The notes under the pieces were generated by a model that was given only the letters and a program-made list of their open reading frames with translations, was not told the DNA's origin and did not search any database. 64,000 bases of DNA from Octopus sinensis (Eukaryota), in the NCBI RefSeq assembly GCF_006345805.1, contig NC_043014.1, positions 23,870,001 through 23,934,000 on the forward strand. The letters run 5' to 3'. Made by a program: the position numbers and the translations under genes. Positions 13,465-26,960 of the stretch are shown here, one piece after another; the stretch's first letter is position 1; every line of letters starts with the position of its first letter.

Positions 13465-14494
13465 CAGGGTTTGGACAAAATAATGGAATCACTTTAAAAT
13501 TTCAAACAAATTTAATTTAATATGAGGTAGGACCACCTTTGGCAGTAATTACAGCTTGAATTCTACAAGATATGGACTCATACAAATTAGAATTGTTTCC
13601 AAAGGAATTTTTGTCCATTCTTCAGCTAAAACCGTCTCCAGTTCTTGTAGTGATGAAGGCGGAGGATATCGACTCCTTACTTGTTTTTCTAAAATGCACC
13701 ATAAATGTTCAATTATATTGAAATCTGGGGAATGTAGTGACCAGATAAGATGTTAAACTTCACTAGAATGTTCCTCGTGCCATTCAGTAACAACTTTAGC
13801 TGTGTGAATCACTGCATTATCATCCTGAAAGATTGCGTTTCCCTCCGGAAACAGTTCCGCAACAATAGGATGAATTTGATTAATTCTGCCATGAAGGGAA
13901 ACCATTAGGCCAGTAGATTTCCAAGATATAGCCTCCTCAGGTCATCACAGATTCTCCTCAATGTTTAACAGTTGTAAGAAAGTGGTCTGGGTCAAATGCT
14001 TCTTTTGGCTGTCTCCATACGTATACTCAACCAGTGATCAGAAATAAGGTAAACGATGATTCGTCTGAGAAAATAACATTCTTCAATTGCTCTAGGGACC
14101 AATTCTGTAGGTTTTTACTCCACTCTAAACGTTTGCAACGTTTGTTTTTGAAAGTAGTGGTTTTCTTATTGCAACCCTCCCGTGAAATCTGACGTTGTGC
14201 AGCGTCCGGTGAACAATTTTTGTGGAAACTGGGTTCTTGAGGTGGTCATTAAGCTCTGCAGTAATTTTGGGAGCTGTACTTTTGTGATCCTTTCTAACAA
14301 TTCACGTAAGAGTCCTATGGTCCCTATCTGAAAGTTTTGGTTTTCTTCAGGAATTTTATATCAACAAGGAGGTTTTTCCCTCTTTCTCAAAGGCTGTCAT
14401 TACTTTTGAGACAGTACTTCTTGATACACCAAACATTTCGGCTGTTTTCGTTACGCTAATGCCTGCCATACGAGCACCAACAATTTGACCTCTT
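13465..14494 (-). mobile_element. Tc1-family transposon (degenerate transposase) with one terminal inverted repeat
   Basis: TA|cagggtttggacaaaataatgg matches the 6981 end. Minus strand has RGQIVGARMAG at the N-terminus and DDE-region remnants. Confidence 0.85.
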
Positions 14495-15698
14495 TATAAT
14501 AGACATATTATTTTAATGAATTTTAATTACTTTATTCAGATGATATCTGAAAAGAAACAGCAAGTTCAGCAAAACATATTGTTGTGCCACACGCAGGCCT
14601 ACGATGCCACTACGGGTCCACACACAAACAGCCCACGATTTGCTGGCCCAGAGAAGGTCGCGTGCGACAACGCCCAGTAAATCAAAAACCCACTCCGGAT
14701 GGTGAAGCAGCAAAATGTAGCTAGTAGAGCCACACACACAAGCGTTGCGTAGTCAAAGATTTTTTTTTTCTTAACAAAACATTCAACAACAATGGTTAGC
14801 AAAATATTCATCACCTTTGGAAAGTTCTTTTTTTTTCTTTCCTTAGTTCCTTTAAAGAAACACATTTAACATTTAAGAACACAAAGTTCTTTTCTTTTTC
14901 TCTTTTTTTAAAACACAAAGTTCATTTCTTTTGCTTCTCTTCTTTTTTTTCTTTTCTTTTCTTTTAAAAGCACAGTCAACAACTCAGTTCTCTTTTTTCT
15001 TTCTCTTCCTCCGAAGAAACACATTTAACAACAAAGTTCTTTTTTTCGTCTTTTCTTTTCAAACAGTTAACGTCAAAGTTTTTCTCTTTCTTTCTATTTT
15101 TTTTTTTAAACATTTAACACCACAGGGTTTTCTCTTTATTCTTAAAACATTTAACAACACAAAGTTTTCTTTTTTTCTTAGAACATTTAAAAGTTTTCTC
15201 TCTTTTTTTTTAAAACATTTAACATCAAAGTTTGTTCCCTTTTAAAACACACAAAAACATTTAGCGGTTAACATTTTACGGCAGTATCCCACTACATCAC
15301 TTGCCTGGTCGTTCAGTTGGCCGTCTCTCGCTCCATGTATCTCCCTCTGCCCCTGTCTGTTTCTGTCAGACCATGTCTGCCCCTTGTCCCGTCTTTCTCT
15401 GACTGCCCGGCAACTTGGCGCTACTCATATATATGAGGCCGTCCTGCCAGAGGGAGAGACATACTGTACGTGACAGTGCATATTTCCCTTCCCAAAACTT
15501 TGTCTTCTTTAAACTCTCTGTGACCGTAGAGGGCCAGGGGTCAAGTGCCTACGGCCATATACAACCATGCTCCTTGACAGGACAAAGGAAATACCACTGG
15601 CCTGAACAACTGGAACACTGTTTCGATCCCAGCTCATGGGAAAAGGGACATAATGTTTTTTTGTTCCTCTACTTATTTTTGCGTTCGTAACCACTACA
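14495..15698 (-). mobile_element. Possible solo LTR
   Basis: Minus strand starts TGTAGTGG at 15698, has a TATA-like motif near 15430 and AATAAA near 14535, and truncates the Tc1 copy. No clean TSD. Confidence 0.35.
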
Positions 15699-15822
15699 TA
15701 TGAACATTAAGGTTAAACATAATAATATAGAACAAAATAATGTACATGAAAGAGTAATATGATACAATAAGTACAGTATGTATAAGTGAATATAAATAAA
15801 TACAAATATAAATATAAACTAC

Positions 15823-15945
15823 ATCTTACAGCTGTTTCAGCCATGCAGATATCGATGCCTCATTATGCTCATATTAGCCATGTGTGATAGCTTAATATGT
15901 AGTTATAAATGTGACACAACAATATCCCAAGGCCTCTTCAGAGAT
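15823..15945 (-). ncRNA. Minimal type-I hammerhead ribozyme (Penelope-type) with 88-nt loop 2
   Basis: Minus strand reads AUCU-CUGAAGA-GGCC-(88 nt)-GGCU-GAAA-C-AGCU-G-UA|-AGAU. Full catalytic core, GUA cleavage triplet, stem I AUCU/AGAU. Confidence 0.7.
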
Positions 15946-16051
15946 TATGAAGAACAAACTCAATTAAATATGAAAATCAGAGGAGGTACATCCATACAAT
16001 GGTGGGTACATACCCATAATATGATTAAGATGTGTATCATATTACTTTCAT

Positions 16052-16151
16052 NNNNNNNNNNNNNNNNNNNNNNNNNNNNNNNNNNNNNNNNNNNNNNNNN
16101 NNNNNNNNNNNNNNNNNNNNNNNNNNNNNNNNNNNNNNNNNNNNNNNNNNN
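16052..16151. other. Assembly gap (100 N)
   Basis: Run of n characters. Confidence 1.
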
Positions 16152-17655
16152 TGCCAAGCAAGCTGAAGGAGGGAATAATATGCCCAATACATAAAGGGGG
16201 AGTAGAGCAGATGACAAAAACTATAGGCCTATCTCTCTGACTTCACACATCAGCAACGTCATGGAACGGATAGTCAGAAAGAAACTAATCGCATTCCTTG
16301 AGGAAAATAACTTGCTGAGTGATACCCAGCATGGTTTTCGACCGGTATGAGCTGGCCTGACCCAGCTCTTACAACATTATGACTGGGGTTGAGGCTGTTA
16401 CTCAACAAATCATGTGGACGTAATCTACCTTGATTTTGCAAAAGCTTTTGACAAGGTGGATCATGGTATGATATGCTACAACTGCATGACCCAGCATAGC
16501 TGAAAACTTGGAGTGTGGTTGCATGACTTCCTGACAGATAGTAGTCAGGCAGTAGTGGTTTATGAGCCACCTCTATGAACACACAATAGTGAGTGGTGTT
16601 CCACAGGGCACTATCTTGGAACCACTGCTTTTTATAGTGGCCCTCTCAGATATGCCCTCAAATGCCCGGATAGCCACTCTGGCCAGCTATGCAGACGATA
16701 CAAAAGTCTCGAAAAAATACAGAACCCCAGCGATGTTGCAACCCCTGCAGCAGGAGTTGGACTCAATCTACAGATGGGCTGAGGATAATAATATGCAGTT
16801 TAATGCTGAAAAATTCCAGCCCTGTGCTACCAGCATCCAAAACTGAATATTAAACTTACAGGATACACCGGTCCACAGGGAATTTAATCAATCCCAGAGC
16901 CTAAGTCTGTGAGGGACCTGGGTATCGACATGAGTGATGATACCTCTTTTTCGAACACATTACAGGATGGCGACAAAGTGCAGATGACTGGCTGAGTGGA
17001 TCCTAAAACATTCAGAACCAGAGATAAGGAAACCATGATGGTCCTCTGACGACATTCGTCCTGTCGCCTGGATTACTGCTCTCACAGCTATGGTCACCCA
17101 CCAATGTAAAATTAACAGCGGACCTTGAAGCACAATCCAGAAAAGATTCACAAGAAGATCATCTCTTTGCAACAGCTCAGCTGCTGGGAAAGGTTGAAAC
17201 AGCTAAGACTCTACTCCCTGGAGAGAAGACGGGAGAGGTATGCAATAATATTTTCTTGAAGATCCTGGAAGGATTGTGCCAATTTTGGCATTGTAAGCTA
17301 CACCAATGCTAGAACGGGACGACACTGCATAGTGCCAAAAATCTCAGCAATGCCATCACACTTCAGGACCAGCTTCTGCAACAGCCTGGGTTTCAAGGCC
17401 CACAGCTTTTAAATATTCTCCCAAGAGTCTGAGGAACTTGCACAAAGTAGATGTTGCGGTTTTTAAATCAAACTGGACATCTTCCTGTCAAGAGTCCCAG
17501 ATGAACCTACCTCACGGCAAGAGGTGCAAATGAGAGTAGCTATATCAACTCCATTCTTCACCAAGGCCACATATTAGACGAGGTCCGTCATAATAACAGT
17601 GTAGCACAAAACGGCGGTGCATCAGCATGGCCGCAGCTCTGAGCTGAAACTAGAA
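16152..17655 (+). mobile_element. Degenerate CR1/L2-group LINE (RT to 3' end)
   Basis: SGVPQGTILEPLLF and YADDTK motifs, multiple frameshifts, 3' tail cagcatggccgcagctctgagctgaaac followed by an A tract. Confidence 0.85.
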
Positions 17656-17664
17656 AAAAAAAAA

Positions 17665-17842
17665 AAAAATATAAATATTATATAATATTAATATAATATA
17701 TATATATTATATATATATATATATATAGATATATATATATATAAATATATATATATATAATATAATATATATATATATATATAAATATATATAATATATA
17801 TTAAATATATATATATTATATATAAATATATATATATATATA

Positions 17843-17880
<38 letters not shown>

Positions 17881-18235
17881 TATTATATATATATATATAT
17901 ATATATAAATTATATATTTATATATATATATATATAAATATATATAAATATATATTTATATATATATATATAAATAATATAAATATATATTTATATATAT
18001 ATATATATTTATATATATATAAATATATATTTTAATATATTTATATATTATATAAATATATCTATATATATAAATATATATTTTAATATATATAAATTTT
18101 AATATATATACATATATATGTAAATGTAATATAATAATAATTATATGAGGGAATATATATATATATACATATATATGTAAATGTATATATAATAATAATT
18201 ATATGAGGGAATATATATATATAAATATATATATT
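17665..18235. repeat. Long imperfect (AT)n microsatellite
   Basis: About 570 bp consisting almost entirely of A/T dinucleotide repeats. Confidence 0.95.
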
Positions 18236-18328
18236 GACAAAAATGGTAAGACAACAAAAGAAAAAGACCTTGATATTATGTGCTGATGTCCTAGTATATA
18301 GTTCTGCATATTATATTTATCTGGACGG

Positions 18329-18400
18329 TCACACCGAAGATCTACGGACATTTATGTAAGTAAAATTATGTAATATGTTAATAGTGAAACATGTATGTGA
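18329..18400 (+). ncRNA. Degenerate minimal hammerhead-like motif in a Penelope-like remnant
   Basis: UCACA-CCGAAGA-UCUA-(37 nt)-UAGU-GAAA-CAUG-UA-UGUGA. Perfect 5-bp stem I and palindromic loop 3, but U4>C and a U.U pair at 10.1/11.1. Confidence 0.45.
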
Positions 18401-18569
18401 ATAATCCATATTTTTATTGCTTTTCTTTTGTCTTGCTAGATTACTTTTTGGTTGTTTGCTAAACTTTTCTTGAGAACATTTCTTAGAAATATGCTGTGCT
18501 TGAGAAGACTTGGCAAACCAAGTGAAACCATAACCTTGTGGCCTATGCCAAGAGTGTAAACAGCCCACT

Positions 18570-19290
18570 TATGCTGTGGAAGAGGTAGGCCGAGAAAGAC
18601 CTGGGATGAGGTGGTGAAGGATGACCTTTGAACATTAGGCCTCACCGAGGCAATGACTAGTGACCGAGACCTTTGGAAATATGCTCTGCTTAAGAAGACC
18701 TGGCAAGCAAAGTGAGACTATAACCCATGGCCTATGCCAGTGGTGTAACCCACTTATGTATACCTTTCTTTCATTGGACACTAAACTCTGCTTGTGAAGA
18801 CCTGTTGAGGCAAATGAAATTGAAATCAAATTCACTGACATGGCTGATGACAACACCACCTGACTGGCATCCATGCTAGTGGAACGTTAAGAGCACCATC
18901 TGAGCATGATCGTTGCCAGGATGCTGGTAGTACGTAAAAAGTACCATTCGAGCATGAATGTTACCAGTGTTGCCTTACTGGCACGTGAAAAAACAATATT
19001 CAAGTGAGGTCGTTGCCAGAACCGTTGGACTGGCTCCTGTGCGGGTGGCACGTAAAAAACACCTTTTGAGCATGGCTGTTGCCAGTACTGCCTGACTGGC
19101 CCTCGTGCCAGTGGTATGTAAAAGCACCCACTACACTCTTGGAGTGGTTGGTGTTAGGAAGGGCATCCAGCTGTAGAAACTCTGCCAGATCAGATTGGAG
19201 CCTGGTGTAGCCATCTGGCTTGCCAGTCCTCAGTCAAACCGTCCAACCCATGCCAGCATGGAAAGTTGACGTTAAAAGATGATGTTGATA
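18570..19290 (+). mobile_element. RTE LINE 3' fragment with internal tandem subrepeats
   Basis: GRGRPRKTWDEVVK-coding segment, repeated gtggcacgtaaaaagcacc units, and the shared RTE tail. Confidence 0.8.
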
Positions 19291-19709
19291 TATACATATA
19301 TATATATTGATAAAATGCTCTTACCTAATGAAAATCTGAGATGCTGGGGAATTAAAACAACGAATTGAAATAAGAAGTTTTAGCAAATCAAAACAATTTG
19401 CATTGAAATGAAGAATTAGCAAATGTTAAATAGATTACCATTGATCTGTTTATACCCATGAAACATTTTTTGTAAAATTTGAGTATTTTTCCTCAAATTG
19501 ATGTCACAATGACTAGTGCAAAACATGCCATAATTTTACGGTTTTTGAAAAATTGATGCTGATTAAAAATCAATTTTTTAGAAATTCGAAGTGTGTAAGT
19601 GAATGCATGGATATAAGTCCCACACCCATGTCAAGTTTCATCAAGGTCTGCTGGACAGTTACGATGGAGTTAATGTAGCAAAATCACAAACAGAGAGACT
19701 TCTGAAAAA

Positions 19710-21172
19710 AAGTAAAGGCATTATATGCCTTATCCATAAGGGAGGTAGTAGAGCAGATGCTAAGAATTATAGACCTGTGTCTCTAACTTTCTATGCCAGC
19801 GAAGTCATGGGGTGCATTGTCAGGATGAAACTAATTGCGTTCCTTGAAGATAATGACTTGCTTCCTGACACCCAACATGGCTGTCACTCAGGCAGATGCT
19901 GCCTTACACAACCTTTGCAAAACTATGACTGAGTGTTGAAACAATTAATGAATGGCCCAAATGTAGTTGTGATATGTCTTGAATTTGCAAAGGCCTTTAA
20001 TAAGGTTGATCATGGGATGATATGTCACAAATTACAGAGATTCAGCATAACTGGGAAAATCCGAGAGTGTTTGCATGACTTCTAAAAAGGCTGAAACCAG
20101 GCTGTAAATGCCAACAGAGCCCTTTCCACAGAGACATTAATAGAAAGTGAAGTGCCTCAGGCAACTGTATTGGGACCACTGCTGTTCATGGTGGTTATTT
20201 CAGGCATGCCATCAGTTACACAGATAGCTACACTTACTAGCTATGACGATGACACGGAAGTAGTACAAGCAATCAAGGAACCTTCTGATGCTACTCTTCT
20301 ACAAAAAGACCTAGATGCCATATATAAATGGGCTGAGAACATGCAATTTAATGCAGGCAAATTCCAAGCCCTCTGCTACCAGCTAATTGGTGCTCAGAAG
20401 TCACAACGATACTTTGGGCCAAAAAGAGCAGCAATCCTAAAATCACATACAGTTAGAATTGATAGCAACGATGCCTCATTTCACATGCATATCACCAAGA
20501 TGGTGGCAGTGTGCAGGATGGATTCTGAGAACCCTCAGAACAAAGGACCAGGAAATTATGCTGGTCCTACTGTGGACATTTGACCTCAGCCGTCTGGACT
20601 ACTGATCTCAACTGTATTCACCTTGCACTGTAGGATTAGTAGCAGAAATTGAGGCAGTTCAGCAATACTACACAAAGATTGCATCAATGGAACAGCTGAG
20701 TTACTGGGAGAGGCTGAATGAGTTATGATTTTACTCCCGGAGCAAAGACGGGAGAGGTATGCAGTGATATATGTGGGGAAGATACTGGAGGGGTTAGCAC
20801 CAAACTTTGGAATTGAGAGTCATACAAAACCTCAAAATGGACATCAATGCACTGTTTGAAAAGTCCCAGCTGTCTCATCCAGAGTGGGGACAATGTACTA
20901 CAATAGCCCGGGATTCAAGGGCCCACAGCTATTTAACTTCTTGCCAAAATATGAGGGATCTCCATGGAGTGGGAGTAGATATTTTTGAAAGACAACTTGA
21001 CCTCTTGCCATCCAAGATCCCAGATGAACCAATATCAAGGCAGAAAACTCAAAACAGGGCAGCAGTATCGAACTCCCTCCTTCACCAAAAGCCAATCCCA
21101 TAGAATTGGCCAATTAAACGATGATTACACGAGTGGTACACCAGCATGGTCGCAGTCTCAAGGCTGAAACAT
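19710..21172 (+). mobile_element. Degenerate CR1/L2-group LINE
   Basis: NYRPVSLT, PQATVLGPLLF and YDDDT (decayed YADD) motifs; 3' tail cagcatggtcgcagtctcaaggctgaaac. Confidence 0.8.
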
Positions 21173-21199
21173 ATAAAATATATATATATATATATATAT

Positions 21200-22510
21200 A
21201 GGTGCAGGAGTGGCTGTATGGTAAGTAGCTTGCTTACCAACCATATGGAACCTTGGGCAAGTGTTTTCTACTATAGCCTCGAGCCGACCAAAGCCTTGTG
21301 AGTGGATTTGGTAGACAGAATCTGAAAGAAGCCCGTCGTATATAAGTATATATAGATATGTATGTGTGTGTGTCTATTTGTCCCCCAACATCATTTGACA
21401 ACCGATGGTGGTGTGTTTACATCCCTGTAACTTAGCGATTCGGCAAAAGATACCGATAGAATAAGTACTAGGCTTCCAAACAATAAGTCCTGGTGTCAAT
21501 TTGCTCGACTGAAACAAGTAAAAGAATATATATATATATACATATATATATACACACACACACATACACATGTATATGTATGTATATATGTGTGTGTGTA
21601 TGTATGTATATGTGTATGTGTGCTTATGTCCTTGTAACGTTGCAGTTCGAGAAAGGAGACAGAGAATAAATACCAGGCTTAAGAAAGAAGTCCTGGGGTT
21701 GATTTGTCTGACTAAAACCCTGCCAGGCAGTGCACCAGCATGGCCGCAGTCAAATGACTGAAATAAAAGAATTAAAGAATATATAATGTATATTTATATA
21801 TAACATATATAATATACATATAGGCACAGGAGTGGCTGTGTGGTAAGAAGCTTGCTTCCCAACCATATGGCTCCAGGTTCAGTCCCCCTGTGGGCCACCT
21901 TGGGTGTCTTCTTGTGAGTGGATTTGGTAGATGGAAACATAAAGAAGCCTGTTGTGTGTGTTTGTTCCTACACTATTGCTTGACAACCAATGTTGGTGTG
22001 TTTGCATCCTCATAACTTAGCAGTTCAGCAAAAAAGGACCGACAGAATAAGTACTAGGCTTACATAGAATAAGTCCTGGGGTCAATTTATTGACTAAAGA
22101 TGGTGCTCCAGTATGGCCAGTCAAATGACTGAAACAAGTAAATGAATAAAAAAATATATTGACCTATGGCAGCCCAATTTCCATAATCATTTTGGAATTC
22201 CTCTGTCTCTGCATTCAGTCAACTGTGCCTGATGAGCTAGGTTTGCGTGTTGCATTTATGAATCTTCAAGTTGCATAGGGCTGACTCAAACTCTTTTTAA
22301 ATAATAAGCCTTTCTACTATAGACACAAGGCCTGCAATTTGGGGGAGAGGTACTAGTTGATTACATTGACCCTAGTGTTTCACTGGTACTTAATTTATCG
22401 ATTCTGAAAGGATGAAAGGCAAAGTTCACCTCAGCACGTAAAGACGGACAAGATGCTGTTAAGCATTTCACCAGGAATGTTAATGATTCTGCCAGCTTGC
22501 TACCTTAATA
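21200..22510 (+). mobile_element. Cluster of tRNA-derived SINE copies
   Basis: Heads at ~21203 and ~21825, and shared bodies/tails (aataagtactaggctt...gactgaaacaagta). Confidence 0.75.
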
Positions 22511-22755
22511 ACAATAACTGGAAGGCTTGCTGGCTCTCTCTGTCTCACTTCAGAATAGTGCTCCATATTGAAATAGTCATATATTGTATTTCTTTTCCGC
22601 TTGTCTCTATGGTTATAGTTTCGACTAATGATATTGTATGCAGGAAGTCAAGGACCAGGTAAAATTTATGTGTTTATGTTTCTTCTTTTGCATATAGAAT
22701 AACAGTGATATGTTTTTTTTTTCAAATTTGCTTTCTTTTTCTCATCAAATTTCAG

Positions 22756-23600
22756 ATCATCGTTTAACGTCCGTTTTCCATGCTAGCATGGGTTGGACAG
22801 TTCGACCGGGGTCTGGGAAGCCAGGAGGCTGCACCAGGCTCCAGTCTGATCTGGCAGTGTTTTTACAGCTGGATGCCCTTCCTAATGCCAGTCACTCCGT
22901 GAGTGTAGTGGGTTCTTTTTATATGCCACCGGCACAGGTGCCAGGCGAGGCTGGCAACGGCCACGATAGTTTGGTGCTTTTTACATACCACCAGCACAGG
23001 TATCACGACTACAGTTTCCATTTGAATTTTGATGTTGATGTACTTGTCTCAATAGGTCTCCTCAAGCACAGTGATATATATATCTTCGTCATCATCACAG
23101 TGTGTGTGTATATATATATATATATATATCATTATCATCATCATCATTTATTGTCCGCTTCCATGCTAGCATGGGTTGGACAATTTGACTGAGGACTGGC
23201 GAACCAGATGGCTGCACCAGGCTCCAATCTGATCTGGCAGAGCTTCCACAGCTGGATACCCTTCCTAACACCAACCACTCTGAGAGTGCAGTAGGTGCTT
23301 TTACGTGCCACCTGCACGAGGGCCAGTCTGGCAGTACTCGCTACGGCTACACTCGAAATGGTGTTTCTTTACGTGCCACCTGCACAGGAGTCAGTCCAGT
23401 GGCACTGGCAACGACCTCACTCAAATGTTTTGTCCACATTCCAGTAAGGCAATGCTGGTAACGATCACACTCAAATGGTGCATTTTACGTGCCCACCAGC
23501 ACGGAAGCCAGACAGCTGCTCTGGCAGAGATCCCACTCAGATGGAGCTGTTAGCGCTCCACTGGCATGGGTGCCACTCATTGAATTTGGTTCAATATTTC
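22756..23600 (-). mobile_element. Two RTE 3'-tail fragments
   Basis: Reverse complement of the tail seen at 13080-13250 and 19120-19290. Confidence 0.75.
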
Positions 23601-25519
23601 AATTTTGTTTCACTTATATCTTCAATGTTGAAAACTTGCTTGCATTTCAGCAATGCACTCACCTAATTGCACCCATTCCACCTATACTAGAAATCTTGAT
23701 GAAGATTGTAGTGAAGATTATAAAAATAGTGATAGTGATATTAATGGCAAAACTGATAGTGACAATGATAGTAAAATTGGTTGTGTTCATAAAAATAATA
23801 ATGATAGTGGTAGTAGTAGTGATGAGGATGGTAATAATTACTATACCGAGATTAATATTAATATTGATAAAGAATATTAAGGTAAATTTGTTAGACCAAG
23901 CAATGATGGAGAGAATAGATGAGGAAAGGGACCATCAGCTATATATTTTGTACTTGACTTATTGTGTTGGTCTGGAGGGAGTGTCTAATGAGCTTCCATT
24001 GTTAGCAACATTATGATGTACTTAGGTTTAAAATAAACATACTAACCGTTCGATTGTTGGCAACGACACTGGCAAACCCAACAAGCAAGCTTAGTGAGGA
24101 GGAGGGTAGTTGAACAAAGTGCAGAAAGAAAAACATGGCTGTAAGGGGGAAGACGATCTCATCAGAGTCAATGGTCACCCAACAGTACATGAGAGTAGGT
24201 GTGGACTCTCTGAACCTTGGTTGGCAAACCACCTAGTGATGATGTAATGATAAAAATACAAATGTACAACCTCATTATAAATGTTACTTCAAAATGAATG
24301 ATGTCATATTCAAATAATAATCATAACTGCATTAATGGGACTGGAACTGTTAACAGGGAAAGTATTGCACAGCAGGCAAGGAATGTCTGATTAAGCCCTG
24401 GCAGGTTGTCATCAAATCATTGCTCAGAATTGAAGTCAAAAGTGCATTAGAAAAAAATTGAAATGGCAAAAAGAGGTAAACAAGATTGTGAATGAATGTT
24501 GGCTGAGAGGTGAGCTGAAAGGTTTCAAAAAATGGATGAAGAGAATATGGGATGAAAAGGGAGTCTTTAATGCTTCTACCCAATGATTGATAGACCAGGC
24601 AAGGGCAATTCGTATGAATGATTGGCTTACAGGATTAGGATTAGAGGCTAAAGAAACTGAGAAAAGAATAAAAAATTAACAGGAAGAGTGTGAAACAACA
24701 GTAGAAGAAAGTAGTAATGAAAGGGTAAGAGAAAAAAAAAAGGAAAAAGAAGGAAATCACTATATGCCTTAGAAAGCTGATGGTGTGCAAATAGTGCAGG
24801 TGATTTAACTGGACAAGTGACTGTAAAACAGAGAACATTAATGAAACAAACCAGCTAACCATAGCTACTGCCATTGTTGTGGCTAACATAATAGAATAAA
24901 GGCAGAAGACTATTGAAGAAAGGAACAGGAAGGAAAAGAAGGTACCAAACTGGAGAAAAAGAATAAGAATGAAGTTGGAAAAGACATGGAAAGAACTGGG
25001 TAATTAAATAGGATAGTGAGAGAACTCAAGAATGAGTTTGTTATCAGAACACTGAATGGACAGTACAGGTTAGAAGTAAAGGAAAAGCAAACTATACATA
25101 GTATGAAGAATTGCCACAAAGAGCAAATTGAAAAGATATGATGCTAGATGCAAAGGTTTTGTACAGAATACATTGTTTCAATCAAATAGAAGTAGTTATC
25201 ACTATGCCTAGTGTCAAAAAATTGGCCTAAATTGGTTGGGTGTGTGTGTTAAAAACTCAAACTTTTGTTTTATAAAAAGCTTTCCCTCTTCATTACCAAG
25301 ACTATGGTGAAAAAAAATGAGAAAAACCTCAGTCAAAATTAACAAAATCCAGATTATGGGGGTGTCCTAATCCAAAACTCAGTCCTACAAATAATTAAAT
25401 AAAATTACAGCTATCATAAACATTTCCCGTGTATTCAGACATGATTATATTGCGATCTGTTGTCTCTAAGGGGTTCAGTTTTGATACACTGGTACAGAGC
25501 ATAAAACTGAATCTTCTCT

Positions 25520-26960
25520 AAGTTTCAGGCTTTACAATAAATTTAATAAGTATCCTTGGAGAGCTCTATGGAATGGGTGATGCACAGTTTAACCATGCAA
25601 AAACCCATTTTTTGATACATCATTTTCATGACAAAATACCTTGGAAAATTATATATTATTTGAAAGTTCTGGATGTGAACTTTGTTCTCATATAGTTTTA
25701 ATCAAAATCTGATACTTACCTAAGATGTCAGGATCCCTCAAACATCCTGGCATTTCTAAAGTTTATCCCATATTTTGATTTTTTTTTTTTTTTTGACTGC
25801 TGAACAGTAGCCCTTGATTTAGTTCAATGTGCTTGAGCACTGTAACTCAAGTTGTGTTGATAATCCATACACACATGTAGATGAATTCTTTAGATTTATT
25901 TTGATATAAATCTCAATGGTAGTAGGTCAGATAATCGTTACAAAATATAAAAGTGAAAATCAGCATTTGTGAAAATGTAAACTTTACAAGACTGTATTCA
26001 AAATCAGAGGAAAAGTTTTTAAAATCACATAGGACTTTAATAAACTACAAACTAACAATATAATTTTTATTGATGAAAATAGACCAATATTTCTCTAAGA
26101 AATATGAAATTCACAAGCTAAAATTCATATGTTGCTTGGTACGAAGCAATAGGGAATAAACATTATTAATACAATGATTACATGCTAATTTTGGATTCTA
26201 GAAGCCCTATGTAACTCAATTTAGTTCTTGTAGAAATATGTTTACTTACCAATCAATTTGTCTATTTCTTGAAATTCTGGATCAAAATTGACATTTGAAT
26301 TCTTGAATTCACTGAGTGGGAATCCATCATTCTGACAAGTAGTGTCAATATGTGTTAACTGTACACAAAAAGCATCAGTATACCACCCTCATTTTTCACT
26401 TTGCACTTTTTCACCATACTTTGGCCAGAATCGGCAATGTCCTTGATTATTTAGCCAGAAATTTTCCTTTCTTATGGTATAAAAATCTTGAAGAAATTAT
26501 GTTCTTTTCTAAGTGAAAATTTACAATAAAAGTTTCACTTTTACATTTTGTAACGATCATCTTCCTGACCAACCCCCATCGAGTTTTATATCAAAATCAA
26601 GCTAAAACATTCTTCAACACATGTATATAATTTTTAAGAGAACTTGAGATATGGCACTCAAGCTCACTGAACTAAAATAACGGCTGCCATTCAGCAGACA
26701 AAGAAAAAAAAACAGGACTAACTTTGAAAATACATAAAAATACTAAGGTGTTTGAGGGACCCTGACATATGTAACTGTTGGATTTCAATTAAAACTATGA
26801 GAAGAAAGTTCACAGCCAAAGCTTTCAAATGATATATAATTTTCCATGGAAAATATTTATTTTGACATGAAAATGATAAAGCCAAAAGATGTGTTTTTCG
26901 TGTTCAAACTATGCTTGTCTCCATTGTATGGCACTCTATAGTGATACCTAATAAAAGGTA
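25520..26960. mobile_element. Old, diverged fold-back/MITE with ~450-bp inverted arms
   Basis: tgtcaggatccctcaaaca (~25727) pairs with tgtttgagggaccctgaca (~26749), and gatcgttacaaaa-like motifs pair between ~25935 and ~26550. Confidence 0.6.

Noticed and set aside
23651-23881. Asp/Asn/Ser-rich ORF after an AG acceptor as a further host exon
   Set aside because: Phase is incompatible with direct joining to exon 7090-7152, and the sequence looks like decayed GAT/AAT triplet repeats. Cannot be excluded without RNA data.
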